From: Phycisphaeraceae bacterium
GTDB taxonomy: Bacteria > Planctomycetota > Phycisphaerae > Phycisphaerales > Phycisphaeraceae
Direction of reading: 5' to 3'
DNA: 64,000 bases
NCBI GenBank assembly: GCA_963674705.1
Contig: OY771506.1
Coordinates: forward strand, 4,416,001 to 4,480,000
Position numbers and translations under genes: made by a program. The notes under the pieces are model-generated. The model was not told where the DNA came from and searched no databases. It saw nothing but the letters and a program-made list of their open reading frames with translations. Below, one piece after another: positions 61,234 to 64,000 of this stretch. The first letter of the stretch is position 1, and every line of letters begins with the position of its first letter.

Positions 61234-62774
61234 GGCGCCGCGTTAGCCGTCCCTCCCGAATCAATATGCGGGGTATCCTTCAGTGCTTCCAGTACCTCGG
61301 TGTAGTTGTCCATCGATACGTTCAACAAGGCAGTGGCATAGGTAATGTTGTGTACACCATGCCCCAGCTTGACCAATTGGAGATTGTGATCTGCATCATC
61401 GATCATGCGTTGCAGATCCAATTCCTTATTCGGCTCGATAACCGCAGTTTTCATCGACTCAGAGCATTGCTGCTGCAATTGTTCTGTGCTTTCGAGATGT
61501 TGTTGAATCGTGTCTCGCCAGATATCGAGCATTTCGCCGTAGTGCGAACCGTGGCATTTGTCGCACGCCGCTTGTGCCGCTACATAAGTTTGGCCGACCA
61601 CATTCGCCACATCACTGGCAAACTCTCTTTGTTGATGACACGCCACACAGTCAACCTGCGATGAGAACATCGGGCTGGGCATGTCCGGCACACCGCGCCC
61701 GCCGACCCCGCTATACAGTTCAGCCGGACCGTTGTGCGTCATGTTGTGACAAGATGCACATGTGCTCTGATCCCCGCTGCTATGCGACTCCGGCATAAGG
61801 CTTCCCGATGTCGCTAGACCGGCTGTTAAATGATGCACGATCTGGATGTGGCAGCTCGAGCACTCAACCTTGTTCTCAGTGATATGAATCTCATGTATCT
61901 TGCCCGTTTCACCGTACTGTGCGATCTGCACTGGTTTGTTATGGCAGGTCCAGCAGAACTGCTTAGGCACTGCGCCATCCCCACTGACCGCGTCGATGTG
62001 ACAATTCTCACATGTCACACCACGATCCAGGTATTCGTCATGATTAAAGACACCTGTTGCCAACTGTATCTCACCTGAAGGCGCATCATGACATGACCGG
62101 CATCCGCCTAGTGTCTCATCGTCCCGACCGTGCTTGAGACCTTTGAAGTGACAGAGGAAACAGGTGTCAAGCGTCACAACAAGGTGCTGCCCCTGCACAA
62201 TCTGTGAGTGGCACGACACACAACGCAACTGCTTACCCCTGCGTAATTCGGTTAAGTGAGGGGTGTGATCAAATTTGATCGTGATCTCCGTGCCCCGCTG
62301 TGTCTGGATCGGCCAATCAACTTTGCCTTGCAGCAATCGCTTCTCATGGCAACCTGACCGCATGCATGACGAATCGCGGATCTCCGCATGGGGTTTGGAG
62401 CCATAAGTATTCGTGATGTACTTCGCCGCCTGACTGGAAGCTTCCCACTTGCCCCTGAGCGTATTTTCAAGCCCGGGCTCGAAGTGGCAATCGACGCAAG
62501 CCACATCCTTATGTGTCGATTCGTGCCATGCCTGATAGTACGGCTCCATGATGTGACACGACCGGCAGAAGTCCGGCTGCATCGAATACTCTGCAAAACC
62601 GGCAGAACCAACCGCTCCCCCTACCACGACGATAAGAAACCAGCCCCATAGGTTGGGCAGGTATCGCAGGCGTTTGCCCTCACGTCGTTTCACCCCGATC
62701 CAGCGTATCCACTTGCGTGGCTGTTTCTGGTTTTCGGATTCAGTTCCAGTATTGTCGGTCTTGCCCTCGCCCAT
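61230..62774 (-). CDS. NapC/NirT-like membrane-anchored multiheme cytochrome (11 CxxCH + CX4CH)
   Basis: N-terminal TM; P.FCRSCHIM.PYY..W..S.H..V.CVDCH; helical C-tail with GVHN. Confidence 0.85.
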   Translation of the reverse strand: MGEGKTDNTGTESENQKQPRKWIRWIGVKRREGKRLRYLPNLWGWFLIVVVGGAVGSAGFAEYSMQPDFCRSCHIMEPYYQAWHESTHKDVACVDCHFEPGLENTLRGKWEASSQAAKYITNTYGSKPHAEIRDSSCMRSGCHEKRLLQGKVDWPIQTQRGTEITIKFDHTPHLTELRRGKQLRCVSCHSQIVQGQHLVVTLDTCFLCHFKGLKHGRDDETLGGCRSCHDAPSGEIQLATGVFNHDEYLDRGVTCENCHIDAVSGDGAVPKQFCWTCHNKPVQIAQYGETGKIHEIHITENKVECSSCHIQIVHHLTAGLATSGSLMPESHSSGDQSTCASCHNMTHNGPAELYSGVGGRGVPDMPSPMFSSQVDCVACHQQREFASDVANVVGQTYVAAQAACDKCHGSHYGEMLDIWRDTIQQHLESTEQLQQQCSESMKTAVIEPNKELDLQRMIDDADHNLQLVKLGHGVHNITYATALLNVSMDNYTEVLEALKDTPHIDSGGTANAAP

Positions 62775-62784
62775 GACTGGTCTC

Positions 62785-64000
62785 CTAGAGTAATCCCAGC
62801 CCCGCCAGAACGATCAACACAACCATCGATAACCCGATCGCCATCGCAGACACACCTACAAGTACCGCAACAGTTCGTGTCCACTTCGGTGGCGTCGGAA
62901 CCCGCAACGATTCCAACTCCCCGGTTTCCTTAATCCGCTGATATTCTGCCGGCCTTTCGTGCTCAAGTTCTTCCTCCGGCACGACACCAGTAAAGATCAC
63001 ATCATCCACCGGGAACTTCTCAGGACGCAGATTCGCGTTGAAGAAGTGGATCGTGAAGATGAAACCCGCCGCCAACAGCGCCTCGTACCCGTGCACGATT
63101 GTCGCAATATTAAACGACCAACCGGGGATGAACTTGGAGAAGAAGCCTGGGAACCAGAGCATCAAACCGGTGCTGCCGATGATGAAAGTACCCGCGATCT
63201 CCGCCCAGTAGTCGAACTTCTCCCAATAGGTCCAGCGATCGAATGCGGGCTTGCCTTTGCCGGTGAAGAACCAACGGAACATGCCCAGACAATCGGTAAA
63301 ATCCTTCCATCGGGGAAGCAGGGTATACGGCCCCATCAGCAGTGTCTTGGCCGGTTTCTTGCGGAAACGCTTGTAGACACCCACAAAGTGCACAACAAAA
63401 TTGATGACCAGAATAATGGCAAAGAAGCGGTGCCAGGTTCCCGCCGCTTCCACACCCCCCATGCCATACGCCAATGCCTTGGCCCACCCCTGATCGGAGA
63501 AGAGCAACGGCATGCCAGTCAGCGTGAGGCCGAAGAATGTGATCGCAACAAATGCGTGATTGACCCGATTGATCTTCCGGAATCGCTTTACTGAATAGGC
63601 CTGCTTCTTCGCGGCGGCTTCGCCTGCGGGTACTGGATGATTCTTCTTCTCAACCAGTGAACGGATCAACCACAACACGGAGTGCAGCCCGTAGAATCCA
63701 AAGGTGATGCTCATCAATATAATGAAGTATGTCCAGACCCCCGCAAGTAACGGGTACTTCTCCCAGTCCCGGAAGTCGGCGTGGGGCATGAACTGCACGA
63801 ACTTGGCGTTTGCTTCCTTGTGGCACTCACCACAGGTTGAAACAAGATTGGCCTCATTGACCCGTGAATCCGGATTCTCTGCAGGCAGGATGTCATGTGC
63901 TCCGTGACAATCACTGCAACGTGCGGCACGTGATGAGCCAAGTTGGTTCACCTGGCCGTGATAACTCATGCGATATGTGTCATAGAACGAACGAGCGATA
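62785..64000 (-). CDS. CbcL-like cytochrome c / cytochrome b quinol oxidoreductase (5' partial)
   Basis: Frame open to the window end (…FYDTYRMSYHG); CSDCH, CGECH; cytochrome b His-bearing helices, WEKFDYWA, HGYEALLA, IHFFN. Confidence 0.85.
   Translation of the reverse strand, partial: IARSFYDTYRMSYHGQVNQLGSSRAARCSDCHGAHDILPAENPDSRVNEANLVSTCGECHKEANAKFVQFMPHADFRDWEKYPLLAGVWTYFIILMSITFGFYGLHSVLWLIRSLVEKKNHPVPAGEAAAKKQAYSVKRFRKINRVNHAFVAITFFGLTLTGMPLLFSDQGWAKALAYGMGGVEAAGTWHRFFAIILVINFVVHFVGVYKRFRKKPAKTLLMGPYTLLPRWKDFTDCLGMFRWFFTGKGKPAFDRWTYWEKFDYWAEIAGTFIIGSTGLMLWFPGFFSKFIPGWSFNIATIVHGYEALLAAGFIFTIHFFNANLRPEKFPVDDVIFTGVVPEEELEHERPAEYQRIKETGELESLRVPTPPKWTRTVAVLVGVSAMAIGLSMVVLIVLAGLGLL

Overview
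Bacterial DNA, most likely from a Phycisphaerae-type planctomycete. This is inferred from repeated [22 protein letters not shown] prepilin/DUF1559-like proteins and PEP-CTERM proteins with dockerin-like repeats. The window has three blocks. (1) About 1-21.5 kb is a sialic-acid foraging locus: NanA lyase, a Kelch(NanM-like)-SSS transporter fusion, five GH33 sialidases (three with LamG + dockerin-like + PEP-CTERM tails), a Tat Asp-box protein, a sulfatase and an AGE-type epimerase. (2) About 21.6-42.6 kb is a pectin/galactan-type locus: DUF5722-like hydrolase, an unknown 652-aa protein, PL9, PL10, GH2, GH112, two XylR-type regulators and PEP-CTERM/prepilin modules. (3) About 42.7-64 kb, continuing past the window, is the most striking: a candidate extracellular electron transfer / cytochrome-nanowire island. 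It has a System I* ccm operon (Cys-type CcmE), a stand-alone OmcE-like tetraheme cytochrome, a 12-heme protein with an OmcE-like N-terminal domain, a decaheme lipoprotein next to a large beta-barrel, two NHL beta-propeller lipoproteins, a TPR protein, two 15-heme paralogs, a NapC/NirT-like 12-heme protein and a CbcL-like cytochrome b/c. About 70 heme-c attachment motifs were counted, and sigma54-like -24/-12 promoters precede four transcription units. Family calls come from motif recognition by eye; no database search was run.
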